From: an uncultured Verrucomicrobiales bacterium
GTDB taxonomy: Bacteria; Verrucomicrobiota; Verrucomicrobiia; Verrucomicrobiales; Akkermansiaceae
Direction: 5' to 3'
Length of the DNA: 64,000 nt
Assembly: GCA_937905985.1 (NCBI GenBank)
Contig: CALCWC010000026.1
Location: 24,376 to 88,375, forward strand
The notes under the pieces were generated by a model. That model did not search any database, was not told where the DNA came from, and saw nothing but the letters and a program-made list of their open reading frames with translations. Both the position numbers and the translations under genes were made by a program. Positions 35,498-45,405 of the stretch are shown piece after piece; the stretch's first letter is position 1, and every line of letters begins with the position of its first letter.

Positions 35498-38400
35498 TTA
35501 TGCCTTCTTCTCAACGGGCACGGACACCAGGTGTGCCTTGCCCGCATTCTTGCGGGGCACAGCCACGAGCGTGGTTTCCACTTTGCCGATATCCAGGTTG
35601 AGCGCCTTTGCTACGGCTTTGCGGTAGGCCGACATTTGAGCGGCATACTCCCCGCGCAAAGTGTCATCATGAACATCCACATCATCACTTTGCATGGTGT
35701 TAGTCTTGTAGTCATAGATGTGGGCGCGGAGAGCTGTCTCACCGTCTTCCGCATATTCCACAACCAAGCGGTCAATCACCCCGGAGACCCACACCTCTTT
35801 GCCGTCCATGGTGTCGATGTAGTCGATATCCTGCTCGTTGAACGCTTCCGTGCACGTGTTGGGGCGCCTAAAGATGGCTGCGATATCCGGATTCCGCAGG
35901 GCGGTACGCACTGCCTCGCCGGCTTCGGAATCATTTCCCGAAAACAGCTCGGCTGCGTTCGCATCCAGCCATTCCAGCTGCTCAAAGCAGGCATGCACAG
36001 CCGTGCCGTAGGTGCTGCTTTCCAGTGAGAACGCGCCATGCACCGGCCCAGCCTTGGCTTCCGGGGCGGCGGCTTGTTCCTGAGCAATGAGGGAGGGGCT
36101 CACCTTGCGACGACGAGAGGTCACCTGCTCTTTCAGCGGCATCGGCCCGTCGCCCCTGGCGGCGGGTTTGGGCTTGAATTCGTTGTGCTCGTACCACTTC
36201 GGGTCACCCCATTGCTCCGGCAGGTCGCAGAGGTACATCATGCCGGAGTAGGTGGTGTCCACGGCATCGTCGTTCACCATGATGTAGTTGGCGCACTTGG
36301 CGCGCGTGACGGCCACGTACAGGACATTGAGGGCTTCCGAGAGGACGCCGGCGGCCCAGCGGGAAAACATCTTGCAATAGGGGGAATTCTTATAGCCCAG
36401 GTCAACCACGCCGGGGTCCAGCAGAATGCCGGTGGTGACAGCGCGGCCCTCGCAAACGGATTCGCTCTTGTAGAGCGTGCGCTGGTTCCCGCCCAGCATG
36501 GAGTTGCAGGCGTTCATGGGAAGGAACACCACGTCATACTCCGCGCCCTTGCTCTTGTGGTAGGTCATGACGTGCACGTAGCTCTTGGGCGGAACCATCT
36601 TCACCTCCAGGTTCTCGATGTAGAGGAGCCACTCGTCCAGGTCTCCGCCACTCACATCGAATGCACGCGCGGCGTTGATCCATTCCAGGAAGATGGCATC
36701 GTTATGGATGTCCGGCACGCCGTGCACAACGCGCTGGATGACGGCGGCAATCCCCTGCTCCTCCAGCATGCGGCGCAGGGCGTGCCATTCCGAGCGGGAT
36801 GATGCGCCGCTGCGCTTGAGCACCTGTAGGGGGGAAGCCTGAAGCAGCGAGCGGGAGTAATCGTTGCCGGGATGCTGCAGCCACTTGAAGAGGTGGAACA
36901 GCAGCTCTCCCAGGAATGAGGCCTGGCTCACCCGCACCTCGCCCATGGGCATCACGGGCACGTTTGAATTCTCGCAGAACCACTTGTAGACGGTCAGCAC
37001 ATCCGCATTGGTGCGCACCAGGATGGCGGCGGTGACCTGGCGCTCGCCGCCCGCAAAGTTGATGCCCGCCGGGCCCAGGTGCTCTGCAATGCGCGCGCAC
37101 ATGCGCTCCAGGATGGACGAGTCATCCAAGGCGGCGACGGTCTCCTCCATCTGCTGCACGGGGTTCGCCTCCGGGTCCGGCTCCACATCTTTCTTGCTGA
37201 AATGTTCAATGGAGACGCAGCCCTTCAACCCGGCCACGCGCGGTGCAATGTCATGGTGGCGGAAGCGGTCGAAATCAAATCCGGGCAGCATGGGTTGCTG
37301 GGTGCGCTCCAATGCGGCGAACAGGGCGTTCACAAACCCCGTGCGCCCGCCCGCGGACACGGCTCCGGCGGCTTCCCCGTTCCACGTGCCCATGATGGTG
37401 TCCGCGCTGCGCTGGCTGACATTTTGCTCGGACTTCTTGAGCACGCTGTTCCACTCTGCGGAATTCTGCAAATGGGCAAACAGTTGCGGGGAGGCCCCGC
37501 GGAAGCCGTATATGCTCTGCTTCTCGTCACCCACCACAAAGAGACTGCGCCGGGCCTGCAGGTCTGTTGCCTCCAAAACATCGTCGCGCACCTGCTCCAG
37601 CAGGGGGCGCAGGGCATCCCACTGCGCGGGCGAGGTGTCCTGGAACTCGTCCAGCATCCAGTGGTCCGCGCGCGAATCCAGACGGTACGCAATGTTGTTC
37701 TCGTTCGTCAGGTCAAGCAGGCGCGGAACGGCGCGCGTGATGTCGTCGAACACCAGCTTGCCCGCCCCGCGGACATCCTCATCGTATATCTTGTCGAACT
37801 TTTCCATGAGCGCGCGCAGATTGCGCGTCTTGAGGATGGCTGGCAGCATGATGATGGTGTCGCGGGCTAGGATGGCCAAGTTGCGGAGCCCGTCCGCCTC
37901 CCTTGCGGCATCCAGGTCCACAAACTTCTCCACGTCTTTCCTGTAGTTGGTGCGGGCAGTGCGTCTCCCGCGGCATTTTTCAATGAGGGCGCGGATTTTC
38001 TTCATCTCGGCCGGGGCGGCGGGAGGCAACGCCTCGATTTCAGTCTCGAAGCGCGCCACAGTGGCCTCGTCAATCCGCGGATCCGCCTGTTCCGCGGTTT
38101 CAACGAGCTCCAGCACCTTCCTGCGCAGCGGTTCAAGGCGCTTGTTGCATTCCTCATCTTTGTAGAGGAAATCCAGCATCTTGGCGCCGGCGGGCTGTTC
38201 CTTGCCGGCCAGGAAATTCTTGGTGATGTTCCCGATACCATTGCGGGCATTGTAGTCGAGGGCGTTTCCCGCCTTGTCGAGCTTGGCCTCCAAATCCCTG
38301 TCCATTTGCTCCACGAGCCTACGCAGTTCCTGCTCCCTCCGGTCGATGGGGCATTGCTCCAGGCATTCCACCATGGCCGCGAGGTGCGGGAAGGCGGCGC

Positions 38401-39070
38401 AGTTTCCCCACGCCTCCGGGCTCACATCCTTGTACATGGAATAGAAGCGGTTGGTGTTCTTGAGCAGCACGTTCAGGGATCCCTTTTCCCGGCAGTTCAA
38501 TTCCTCTGCATCATGCAGCAGTACCTTCAACGCCGCCACCTCATCCTCGTTGTCGCACAGCAGGAGCGATTTCAACGCGCGGCACTGCACCTTCACCAGC
38601 TCGGCGTCCGACATTTGGCGGATGGAGCTGTAGCCGAGTTCCAGGCTGTGGGAGGTGACGAGCCGATTGAAGAAGCTGTCGTTCGTGGAGAGCTGCAGCT
38701 TGGCCAGGCTGGCAACGACGCGCTTGAGCAAATCGCGGAAGAACGCGCTGGTGAAGGCATCCGCATTCTGCAGACGGGGGCAGAGCGGCACCATTTTGCC
38801 CTCTGCATCACCCAGGCAGGTGCGCCGGATGCGTTCCCGCAGCTCGGCCGCGCCGGTGTCGCTCTCGGCACCCTTGGCCAGGTCGTTGAGGATGCGTTCC
38901 TTGAATTCACCGGCGGCGTTGCGGGTGAAGGTGAGGGCGATGAGGTTTTCCGGCGGGTAGCCCAGGGCCAGGAGTGCAATAAAGCGGGATGAGAGCTGGT
39001 ATGTCTTCCCCGTTCCGGCGGAAGCGGAGATGAGGTTGCTGGTAACGGGGAGCTGGTTGGAATTGTTCAT
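35498..39070 (-). CDS. addA: UvrD-family helicase / PD-(D/E)XK nuclease, AddA-like
   Basis: 1190 aa. Walker A is ASAGTGKTY. UvrD motifs are present (LDEFQDTSPAQW, VGDEKQSIYGFRGA, TYHKSKGAEYDVVF, YVAVTRA). The C-terminal nuclease motif is GVIDRLVV...IYDYKT...QMSAYR. Confidence 0.9.
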   Translation of the reverse strand: MNNSNQLPVTSNLISASAGTGKTYQLSSRFIALLALGYPPENLIALTFTRNAAGEFKERILNDLAKGAESDTGAAELRERIRRTCLGDAEGKMVPLCPRLQNADAFTSAFFRDLLKRVVASLAKLQLSTNDSFFNRLVTSHSLELGYSSIRQMSDAELVKVQCRALKSLLLCDNEDEVAALKVLLHDAEELNCREKGSLNVLLKNTNRFYSMYKDVSPEAWGNCAAFPHLAAMVECLEQCPIDRREQELRRLVEQMDRDLEAKLDKAGNALDYNARNGIGNITKNFLAGKEQPAGAKMLDFLYKDEECNKRLEPLRRKVLELVETAEQADPRIDEATVARFETEIEALPPAAPAEMKKIRALIEKCRGRRTARTNYRKDVEKFVDLDAAREADGLRNLAILARDTIIMLPAILKTRNLRALMEKFDKIYDEDVRGAGKLVFDDITRAVPRLLDLTNENNIAYRLDSRADHWMLDEFQDTSPAQWDALRPLLEQVRDDVLEATDLQARRSLFVVGDEKQSIYGFRGASPQLFAHLQNSAEWNSVLKKSEQNVSQRSADTIMGTWNGEAAGAVSAGGRTGFVNALFAALERTQQPMLPGFDFDRFRHHDIAPRVAGLKGCVSIEHFSKKDVEPDPEANPVQQMEETVAALDDSSILERMCARIAEHLGPAGINFAGGERQVTAAILVRTNADVLTVYKWFCENSNVPVMPMGEVRVSQASFLGELLFHLFKWLQHPGNDYSRSLLQASPLQVLKRSGASSRSEWHALRRMLEEQGIAAVIQRVVHGVPDIHNDAIFLEWINAARAFDVSGGDLDEWLLYIENLEVKMVPPKSYVHVMTYHKSKGAEYDVVFLPMNACNSMLGGNQRTLYKSESVCEGRAVTTGILLDPGVVDLGYKNSPYCKMFSRWAAGVLSEALNVLYVAVTRAKCANYIMVNDDAVDTTYSGMMYLCDLPEQWGDPKWYEHNEFKPKPAARGDGPMPLKEQVTSRRRKVSPSLIAQEQAAAPEAKAGPVHGAFSLESSTYGTAVHACFEQLEWLDANAAELFSGNDSEAGEAVRTALRNPDIAAIFRRPNTCTEAFNEQDIDYIDTMDGKEVWVSGVIDRLVVEYAEDGETALRAHIYDYKTNTMQSDDVDVHDDTLRGEYAAQMSAYRKAVAKALNLDIGKVETTLVAVPRKNAGKAHLVSVPVEKKA

Positions 39071-39082
39071 GGGAAAGTGGAT

Positions 39083-42000
39083 TTAGAGGTTCCTGAGGTT
39101 GCCGAAAAGGTTGCGGGGGTCTTGGAGGTTGGCCATGGCGGAGAACGCGGAATAGCTGGTGCGGCCCAGGCTCTCCGCGGAGTACAGGCACAACCCGTCC
39201 TTCATGCAGAGCATGGCGCTCTTGGCCCATTGCATCACGTTCTCCCACGCGCCCGGCGCGGCAGACATCTCTGTCATCTCGCTGTACGCGGCGGGCCTGC
39301 CCGGTTTGCGCGGCATGTTGTAGTACGCCACCGCCGGGAATTCGCTGCACTGCATGGTCTCTTTCAGCCAATGCGCGTACAGGGGCAGCTGGACGTCTGT
39401 CCAGCATCTGCCGCGCTCTTTCCAGACAAGCAGTGGGAACCCTGGCATGAGTTCCTCGAAGTACTTTTCGTCCGCCATGGTGGACGTGTGCTTGCTCCAC
39501 GGCTTGTACTCATGGGTCTTGTAGTCGATGATGCGCCAGGTGTACCCGCCCTCGCACGGTTTGCGGTCGATGCGGTCTGCCCGCATGTTGAGCTTGGCCA
39601 CGGAGCCGTCCTGCAGGGGGATTTCCCAATCCGTGACCTTGTGTTCGCAATCGTAGCATTCCCAGCCGTCCTGCAGGCCGGTGAAGTGCCAATGCACGAA
39701 CGCGGGCAGCAGGTCCGCGATTCTCTGGCGCTGGATTTCCAGGGAGGCGAGGCGCGTTTGCCCGTAGCGTTCCGCGAAGCGCGCCTCCAGGCGCTCCTGC
39801 GCGTAGTGTTTCACCTCATCCTCCGTCAGGCCCTCTTTCATGGCGGGGTAGTGGCGCGCCACGTCCTCCGCCAGGTGGTGCACCATGTTGCCGAACTCGT
39901 TGGCCTCCATCTCCACCTTGTCGTCCGGGTGGATGTCCCAGGTGGAGATGCCCAGGATCTGCTTCATCCAGAACCGCAGCGGGCAGGTCAGGAAGGCGTT
40001 GATGTCCGAAGGCGAGAACTTCATGTTTCGGAACTTGTTGTCATTCCCGGGGCCGAGCAGGGCTATGGATTCCATGCCCGCCGCCTTCGGTTCGTCCGCC
40101 CCGCCCCCGCGGAGCCGCCACACGCGGCCGTGGTCCGCGCCGTCGTCCTCCACTGGGATTTCCCGGTACAGCTTGTCCTTCACGCGCGGCACCAGCTCGT
40201 CTGCGCTGCAATGCAGCAGCAGGGACGACGGCGAGACGAGCGAGCCGGAGCCGTCCGCCGACATGCGGGAGAGCAGGATGCGCACGTTGCAATTCTTCCT
40301 CATCAAAAGGGACATGAGGATGAACATGTCGCGCGCCTCCCTGGCTTTGGCGCAGGGAAGCCCCAGGGCCTCCTTCACGGAATCCGGCAGGAAGGAGTCG
40401 TGCGCCACGGCTTCCGGCACGCAGCCGTGGTGGAAGCCCGTGAGGATGATGGTTCCGCCCCTGCTGTAGGGCAGCTCTCGCCAGCCGAGCAGGTCCGCGT
40501 GCGTGTGCTCCCGGCGCTGGGTCTGTACCTGCATGCCTGACTGGGAGAGCAGGTGGTCCAGAATGGCAAGGGCCTTCCGGGAATCCATGGGGTGCCTGTC
40601 CAAGAACGCCTTGAACTCCGCCAGGGTTGCCTTGAACGCCGAAACGGCGGCGCCGTAGCCGGCCACACGCGCCGCCGCCCGCGCAGCCGCTTCCTCATCC
40701 TCTTCCACTGCGGTGCTCCCTCCGTCCTGCGCGCACCGCTGGTGAAGCCTATCGCACAGTTCCTTGAGGGCGGCGGGCAAATCCTCGCGGCAGCGCTGGA
40801 CGAACCGGCACACATCGCTTGCATAGAACGAGTACTCCGCCCTCCTGTCCCTTTCAAGGAAGATGACATCCAGCTCGTCCGTGGCCTCAGGGTCGGCTTC
40901 CGTCTCCGCGCCGGGCAGCTTGCCGATGGCGTTCCGCAATGCCGGCAGGTGTTTTTTCACATTGAGCAGATCCAGCAGGTACCCGGTGCGCGCGGGGAAG
41001 TAGAGCTTCACCAGCTTGTCCAGCACCAGGCCAAATGCATAGCCGTCCCAACCCTCCCTGGCAAAACAGCGCTGCACAACCACGTTGCGCAGCAGGGGCT
41101 CCAGGGCGGCCACGCTCTCCGGTTCCGCACAGCATGCGGCAAGCTGGCCCGGGATGGCCAGGGCGTCCGTGTTCATCATGGTGCGGCCCTCCGGCAGATG
41201 GAGCTGCCAGCCGTACCGCCTGAATTCCGTTTCAATGTAGGGGGAGAAACTGGCATCGCAGGAAGCCAGCACCACGTCTTCGGGGGCCACTCCCTTGGCG
41301 CAGGCCACGGCACGCTGGGCCATTTTCACCGCGGTTCCCTCCACATAGATTTGCTCATCGCGCAGCGTACCGGGATTCGGCTCGTAAACGCTCCACGGCC
41401 CCACTTTCGGGCGCCCGCAGTGGGCGGCGTCGAACATGGCGCGCCACTGCTCCTCGTTTGGTGCGTTCACCCACACCGTGACTGTGCCGGGCCAGCGCCG
41501 TTCCACCGCCTGCAGGTAGGATTCCGTCTGCGGCGTGATTTCGGGGATGCACGCCACGAAGAGGAGCGTGCCGGGGCGGTGGTGGCGGAGATGGGCCACC
41601 TCGTCCGCCCGCACCTTCCAGGCGGGTATCCTGTCCCACCGGTCCAGCGTGGATTCCACCGCGTTGAAAATCTGCTGGATCTCGCCCCAGCGCAGCACCT
41701 CGTTGTCAGTGACCCCCTTCCATTTCTGCAAATCGGTTTCAGGCGCGGCGAACCCGCCGTTGAGGTGCTTGACGACGCCCTGGGTGGTGACCTCGTACTT
41801 CTCCAGGAGGGAATGCAGGGAGGCCAGGGACGAAGCCGCGTTCATGGCCCAGGTGAACAGGTGCTTCTCCGTGATTTGCTCCGGGAACAAGTGCGGCCAT
41901 TTCTCATGCGGCGGCTGCGCGGAAAGCACCTCCACCCAAGCGGCGAACTCCTCTTGCGCCGTGGCTGCGCGCGGGTGCTCGCTGCTGATGAGATGCCCCA

Positions 42001-42229
42001 CCAACACCACCTTCGGCATCAGCAGGGCCGTCTTGCCGCCCATATTGTCGGCATCGCCGGATTTCACCTTCTCCGCCAAGTACTCCTTGAGCCTGCGCCC
42101 GCTCTCAGCCGTGGGCACCACCACCGTGGCATGCGCAAAATCGCGCGCGCGCTTGGCCGCCAGTTCCAACAAAAGGTCGCCAACCTCTTCCACGGCAGAC
42201 CTCTCCCAGCCTATATGTTCGATATTCAT
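39083..42229 (-). CDS. addB: AddB-like PD-(D/E)XK nuclease subunit
   Basis: 1048 aa, ending 12 nt upstream of addA. The C-terminal nuclease motif is RADRIDRKP...WRIIDYKT...QLPLYAHW. No clear Walker A or Fe-S cysteine cluster was seen by eye. Confidence 0.8.
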   Translation of the reverse strand: MNIEHIGWERSAVEEVGDLLLELAAKRARDFAHATVVVPTAESGRRLKEYLAEKVKSGDADNMGGKTALLMPKVVLVGHLISSEHPRAATAQEEFAAWVEVLSAQPPHEKWPHLFPEQITEKHLFTWAMNAASSLASLHSLLEKYEVTTQGVVKHLNGGFAAPETDLQKWKGVTDNEVLRWGEIQQIFNAVESTLDRWDRIPAWKVRADEVAHLRHHRPGTLLFVACIPEITPQTESYLQAVERRWPGTVTVWVNAPNEEQWRAMFDAAHCGRPKVGPWSVYEPNPGTLRDEQIYVEGTAVKMAQRAVACAKGVAPEDVVLASCDASFSPYIETEFRRYGWQLHLPEGRTMMNTDALAIPGQLAACCAEPESVAALEPLLRNVVVQRCFAREGWDGYAFGLVLDKLVKLYFPARTGYLLDLLNVKKHLPALRNAIGKLPGAETEADPEATDELDVIFLERDRRAEYSFYASDVCRFVQRCREDLPAALKELCDRLHQRCAQDGGSTAVEEDEEAAARAAARVAGYGAAVSAFKATLAEFKAFLDRHPMDSRKALAILDHLLSQSGMQVQTQRREHTHADLLGWRELPYSRGGTIILTGFHHGCVPEAVAHDSFLPDSVKEALGLPCAKAREARDMFILMSLLMRKNCNVRILLSRMSADGSGSLVSPSSLLLHCSADELVPRVKDKLYREIPVEDDGADHGRVWRLRGGGADEPKAAGMESIALLGPGNDNKFRNMKFSPSDINAFLTCPLRFWMKQILGISTWDIHPDDKVEMEANEFGNMVHHLAEDVARHYPAMKEGLTEDEVKHYAQERLEARFAERYGQTRLASLEIQRQRIADLLPAFVHWHFTGLQDGWECYDCEHKVTDWEIPLQDGSVAKLNMRADRIDRKPCEGGYTWRIIDYKTHEYKPWSKHTSTMADEKYFEELMPGFPLLVWKERGRCWTDVQLPLYAHWLKETMQCSEFPAVAYYNMPRKPGRPAAYSEMTEMSAAPGAWENVMQWAKSAMLCMKDGLCLYSAESLGRTSYSAFSAMANLQDPRNLFGNLRNL

Positions 42230-42249
42230 GGGTAAAAACTTGTTTTTGG

Positions 42250-42278
42250 AGTCTAGCGCATTTCAAATTTGCTTGCAA
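42250..42278 (-). promoter_or_regulatory. Putative addBA promoter
   Basis: The minus strand reads TTGCAA-17nt-TAGACT. The -10 element ends 20 nt before the ATG at 42229. Confidence 0.5.
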
Positions 42279-42489
42279 GCGGTTTTTTGGGGCTTGAATG
42301 GATGAACTACTGGATTGATAGTACAAAACAACCCCTCGGCACCGCCTGCCGATTCAGGGTGGGCATGCTGGAGCCCTACCGGTTCCTCCGCGCCGCCCCG
42401 ATTCCATGCTCGCCACGAATCTCTGCCCGGACGGCATCCGCACCCCCCGCCCGGTCAAGAAACGCAATTAACGCGAACATGCGCCCCGC

Positions 42490-43536
42490 CTACCCCTGCG
42501 GCGGGGTGTCGATTCCCAGCTCGGTGAGCAGGCCGCGGGAGGGCTTGGAGGCCTGCTTGAAGGCGTTGCGGATGGTGGAGGCCTCCCGCTCGCCCGCCTC
42601 GGAAAGGCGGCGCAGCAGGTCCCGCGTGTCCAGCTCCCTGCCGGTGGGAATGGAGATGCGCAGCACCGTGCCGTGGAAATCCGTGGCGCCGCGCTCGAAC
42701 GTGCCGTCCTTGCGCAGCGAGATGTAGTTGCCGTAGCTGGCCAGCAGGAACTTGCCGCCAAGCTCGCGGCAGATGCCGCTCACCATGTACAGCCCGTAGC
42801 CGGAGTTCTCCCACTGGCTGCGCTTGTTCGGCTTGTACGAGGGCTGGAAGGATTGCGAGATGCCCGGCTTCACCGCCCACTGCAGCGCCTGTCCGTTGTC
42901 TGTGATGTACTCGCGGTGCTTGGGGTTGCTCGCCAGGCTGTTGAAGATGCCTATGCCCTCGTCCAGGATGGTGAGCTCTGCAAAGCTGCTCTTCCACCTC
43001 TGCGCGCATATCCACATCTCGTCCGCGTTCCCGTGCTCCGGGATGTTGCGCAGGATCTCGCGGATGAGGAAGCCCATCAGCGGCGCAAGCTCCGGCGTGT
43101 GCGCCGTGACCACCCGCGCCAGCCGCTGCGCCTGCTCCTCTATCAAATCGCCCGCCTCCAGGAACCGCCGCTGCTCGAACGCCGCCTTGAACAGCTCCTT
43201 CATGGACAGGCGGGTGATGGGCAAATGCGTGCCCTCGTCCTGCTCCGCCTCCTTCAGCCCCTCCACCGGAAGTGCCTCATCCAGCAGGTGTTTCATCCCC
43301 ATGTACCCCGCATAGTTCTCCACCGCATCGCGTTGAAACCCGGTGAAACTCAACCGGCACCCCTTCCCTGCCAGCACCCGCCGCAGCGCCGTCCCCAGCG
43401 CCAGCATGTAGAACGATGTCAAGACATTCACCCGCCCAAAGTCCAACTCCACCTCATCACCCGCCCCAATCTCCGGCAGTGCGGCAATATACTCCAGCAC
43501 CTCCCGAGATCCCGATTTCGGCAGCTCCAGTCTCAT
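42490..43536 (-). CDS. STAS-like domain + GHKL (HATPase_c, RsbW/SpoIIAB-like) ATPase
   Basis: The ATG at 43534-43536 gives a 348-aa product. The N-terminus (VELDFGRVNVLTSFYMLALGTAL) resembles STAS/anti-anti-sigma domains. The GHKL boxes are: N box REILRNIPEHG, G1 ILDEGIGIF, G2 NSGYGLYMVSG. Confidence 0.7.
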   Translation of the reverse strand: MRLELPKSGSREVLEYIAALPEIGAGDEVELDFGRVNVLTSFYMLALGTALRRVLAGKGCRLSFTGFQRDAVENYAGYMGMKHLLDEALPVEGLKEAEQDEGTHLPITRLSMKELFKAAFEQRRFLEAGDLIEEQAQRLARVVTAHTPELAPLMGFLIREILRNIPEHGNADEMWICAQRWKSSFAELTILDEGIGIFNSLASNPKHREYITDNGQALQWAVKPGISQSFQPSYKPNKRSQWENSGYGLYMVSGICRELGGKFLLASYGNYISLRKDGTFERGATDFHGTVLRISIPTGRELDTRDLLRRLSEAGEREASTIRNAFKQASKPSRGLLTELGIDTPPQG

Positions 43537-43653
43537 GCAACCACTATACACGAAACCCCATCTGCAGTCAACGTGCGGCGCGGAAGAAAAAAATTGACTT
43601 CTTTCTGCATGTGATGCAAGATACCGATAAGGACTCAACCTGAACACAAAGCC

Positions 43654-45393
43654 ATGCCAGAAGAAAACGAAGGAAATCAATTTCGCTCACAAGGCACTGC
43701 AAACGAGCAAAACTCAGACCGCTCCATCACTGCAGAAAATTTTAAAAGATACTTTGAAACCCACAAAAGCAATTTTCAAGACTCCGCGCTCGATGATATT
43801 ATTAATCCAAAGAAATGGTGGGGTCTCGAAGGCAGGCTAAAAACAGAGAAATGCTTTGATGTTACGGATGGCGAGAATAAACTTTCCGTAAATGAATTGA
43901 ATTTATGCCCGCAATATAACAACTTCCAAGGTGCTTTCACTCTAGCAAAAGTGCATCATGTTGTAGTCATAAATTTTGAAACAAACGATGATACGCAAAA
44001 TCTTCAATGTATTAGAATAAAATACTTCTATTATTTATGCGATAAGTTAAAGGACCACCCAAGCAACTGGAAGATATTCATCCAAGATGAGTCAAGCCCA
44101 CACGCAAAACAGAATCCCTCAGCGCGGAATCGCCGCATGCTAAAAATTTTCTTTGACAACGGCATTACCGGAACGACGGATGAGGATTTTCAAAAATGGA
44201 TCGGACTCTTCGATGAAGTATATAACTTTCTGGCTGAAAACCGACCAAGTCCAGATGAGCTCAACACGATTCCAACGCCAGACTACACTTCAGGCTGGAA
44301 GGTACGTGGCCCTTTGGAAGGTTTTTGCCAAAAAACATACAACGCGAACATGAATACAGATACTGAAAAAAAAGATAAGATAGAAGCTCGCAACTGCATA
44401 TGGGCGGGTGCCCCAGGAACGGGTAAGAGTTTTAAATTGAATCAAGCAGCGAACATCCAGTTCGAAGATAAAACCATGCGTGTAACATTCCACCCGGAAT
44501 ACACCTACTATGATTTTGTGGGAACATACCGTCCCAGAATGGCAAAGAACGACGAGGGCAATACGATGGGGAAAATAGAGTATGCCTTTGTTCCCGGACC
44601 GTTTGCAAAGATGCTCAAAAAAGCCCTTTGGAACCGAAATGCAAATTACTGCCTGATTATTGAGGAAATCAACCGCGCCAACGCGGCGGCCGTGTTTGGC
44701 GATGTGTTCCAGCTATTGGACCGAGCTTCACAAAACAGCAAGGACGGCAGCGTGGTAAAGCATGAAAGCGAGTACGCTATTTGTCCCTCCGAGGAACTTT
44801 ACGAGTACTTGCTGAATGAGCGGGAAGGCAACAAAGAGATGCCAGGCACACGCCCAAGTGACGGTATCATGAACGAACTGCGCTTGCCCGACAACTTGTA
44901 CATCTGGGCCACCATGAACAGCGCAGACCAGGGGGTGTTCCCCATGGACACGGCATTCAAACGCCGCTGGAGCTTTGAGAACATGGCTATCAATCCCTCA
45001 GAGGGGCAAGATCCTGACTACGATTCAAAGAGCGCTTGGGACAAGATTCGCAGGGGCATCAACGATATGCTGCTGAAACATCATGTGCAGGAAGACAAAC
45101 TGATGGGATACTACTTCTTGAAGAAGGAAGAGCGGGATAGCAAAGAAAACTTGGAAAAAGCACTTAAAGAGAAGGTGTTGCTGTACTTGTTTGAGGATGC
45201 TGCAAAACCATTTAGGGGAAAAATATTCAAGAATGAGTACAATACTTGTGAAAAATTGCGAGGGAAACTCGTTGTAGATGATCCGAATCTCGGCGTATTC
45301 TTTGAAAAAGTGTGGGATGGCATACCGCAACAGTCGAAGCCAGAGGACACTAAACAAGCAACTGAAGACGTTGACAACGACGACAATCCGTAA
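43654..45393 (+). CDS. McrB-like AAA+ GTPase (LlaJI.R1-like) with uncharacterised N-terminal domain
   Basis: 579 aa. Walker A is GAPGTGKS, Walker B is LIIEEINRAN. McrB signatures MNSADQG and AFKRRW are present. The first ~240 aa are AT-rich and unassignable by eye. Confidence 0.85.
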   Translation: MPEENEGNQFRSQGTANEQNSDRSITAENFKRYFETHKSNFQDSALDDIINPKKWWGLEGRLKTEKCFDVTDGENKLSVNELNLCPQYNNFQGAFTLAKVHHVVVINFETNDDTQNLQCIRIKYFYYLCDKLKDHPSNWKIFIQDESSPHAKQNPSARNRRMLKIFFDNGITGTTDEDFQKWIGLFDEVYNFLAENRPSPDELNTIPTPDYTSGWKVRGPLEGFCQKTYNANMNTDTEKKDKIEARNCIWAGAPGTGKSFKLNQAANIQFEDKTMRVTFHPEYTYYDFVGTYRPRMAKNDEGNTMGKIEYAFVPGPFAKMLKKALWNRNANYCLIIEEINRANAAAVFGDVFQLLDRASQNSKDGSVVKHESEYAICPSEELYEYLLNEREGNKEMPGTRPSDGIMNELRLPDNLYIWATMNSADQGVFPMDTAFKRRWSFENMAINPSEGQDPDYDSKSAWDKIRRGINDMLLKHHVQEDKLMGYYFLKKEERDSKENLEKALKEKVLLYLFEDAAKPFRGKIFKNEYNTCEKLRGKLVVDDPNLGVFFEKVWDGIPQQSKPEDTKQATEDVDNDDNP

Positions 45394-45405
45394 CCCCCCG
45401 TGATA

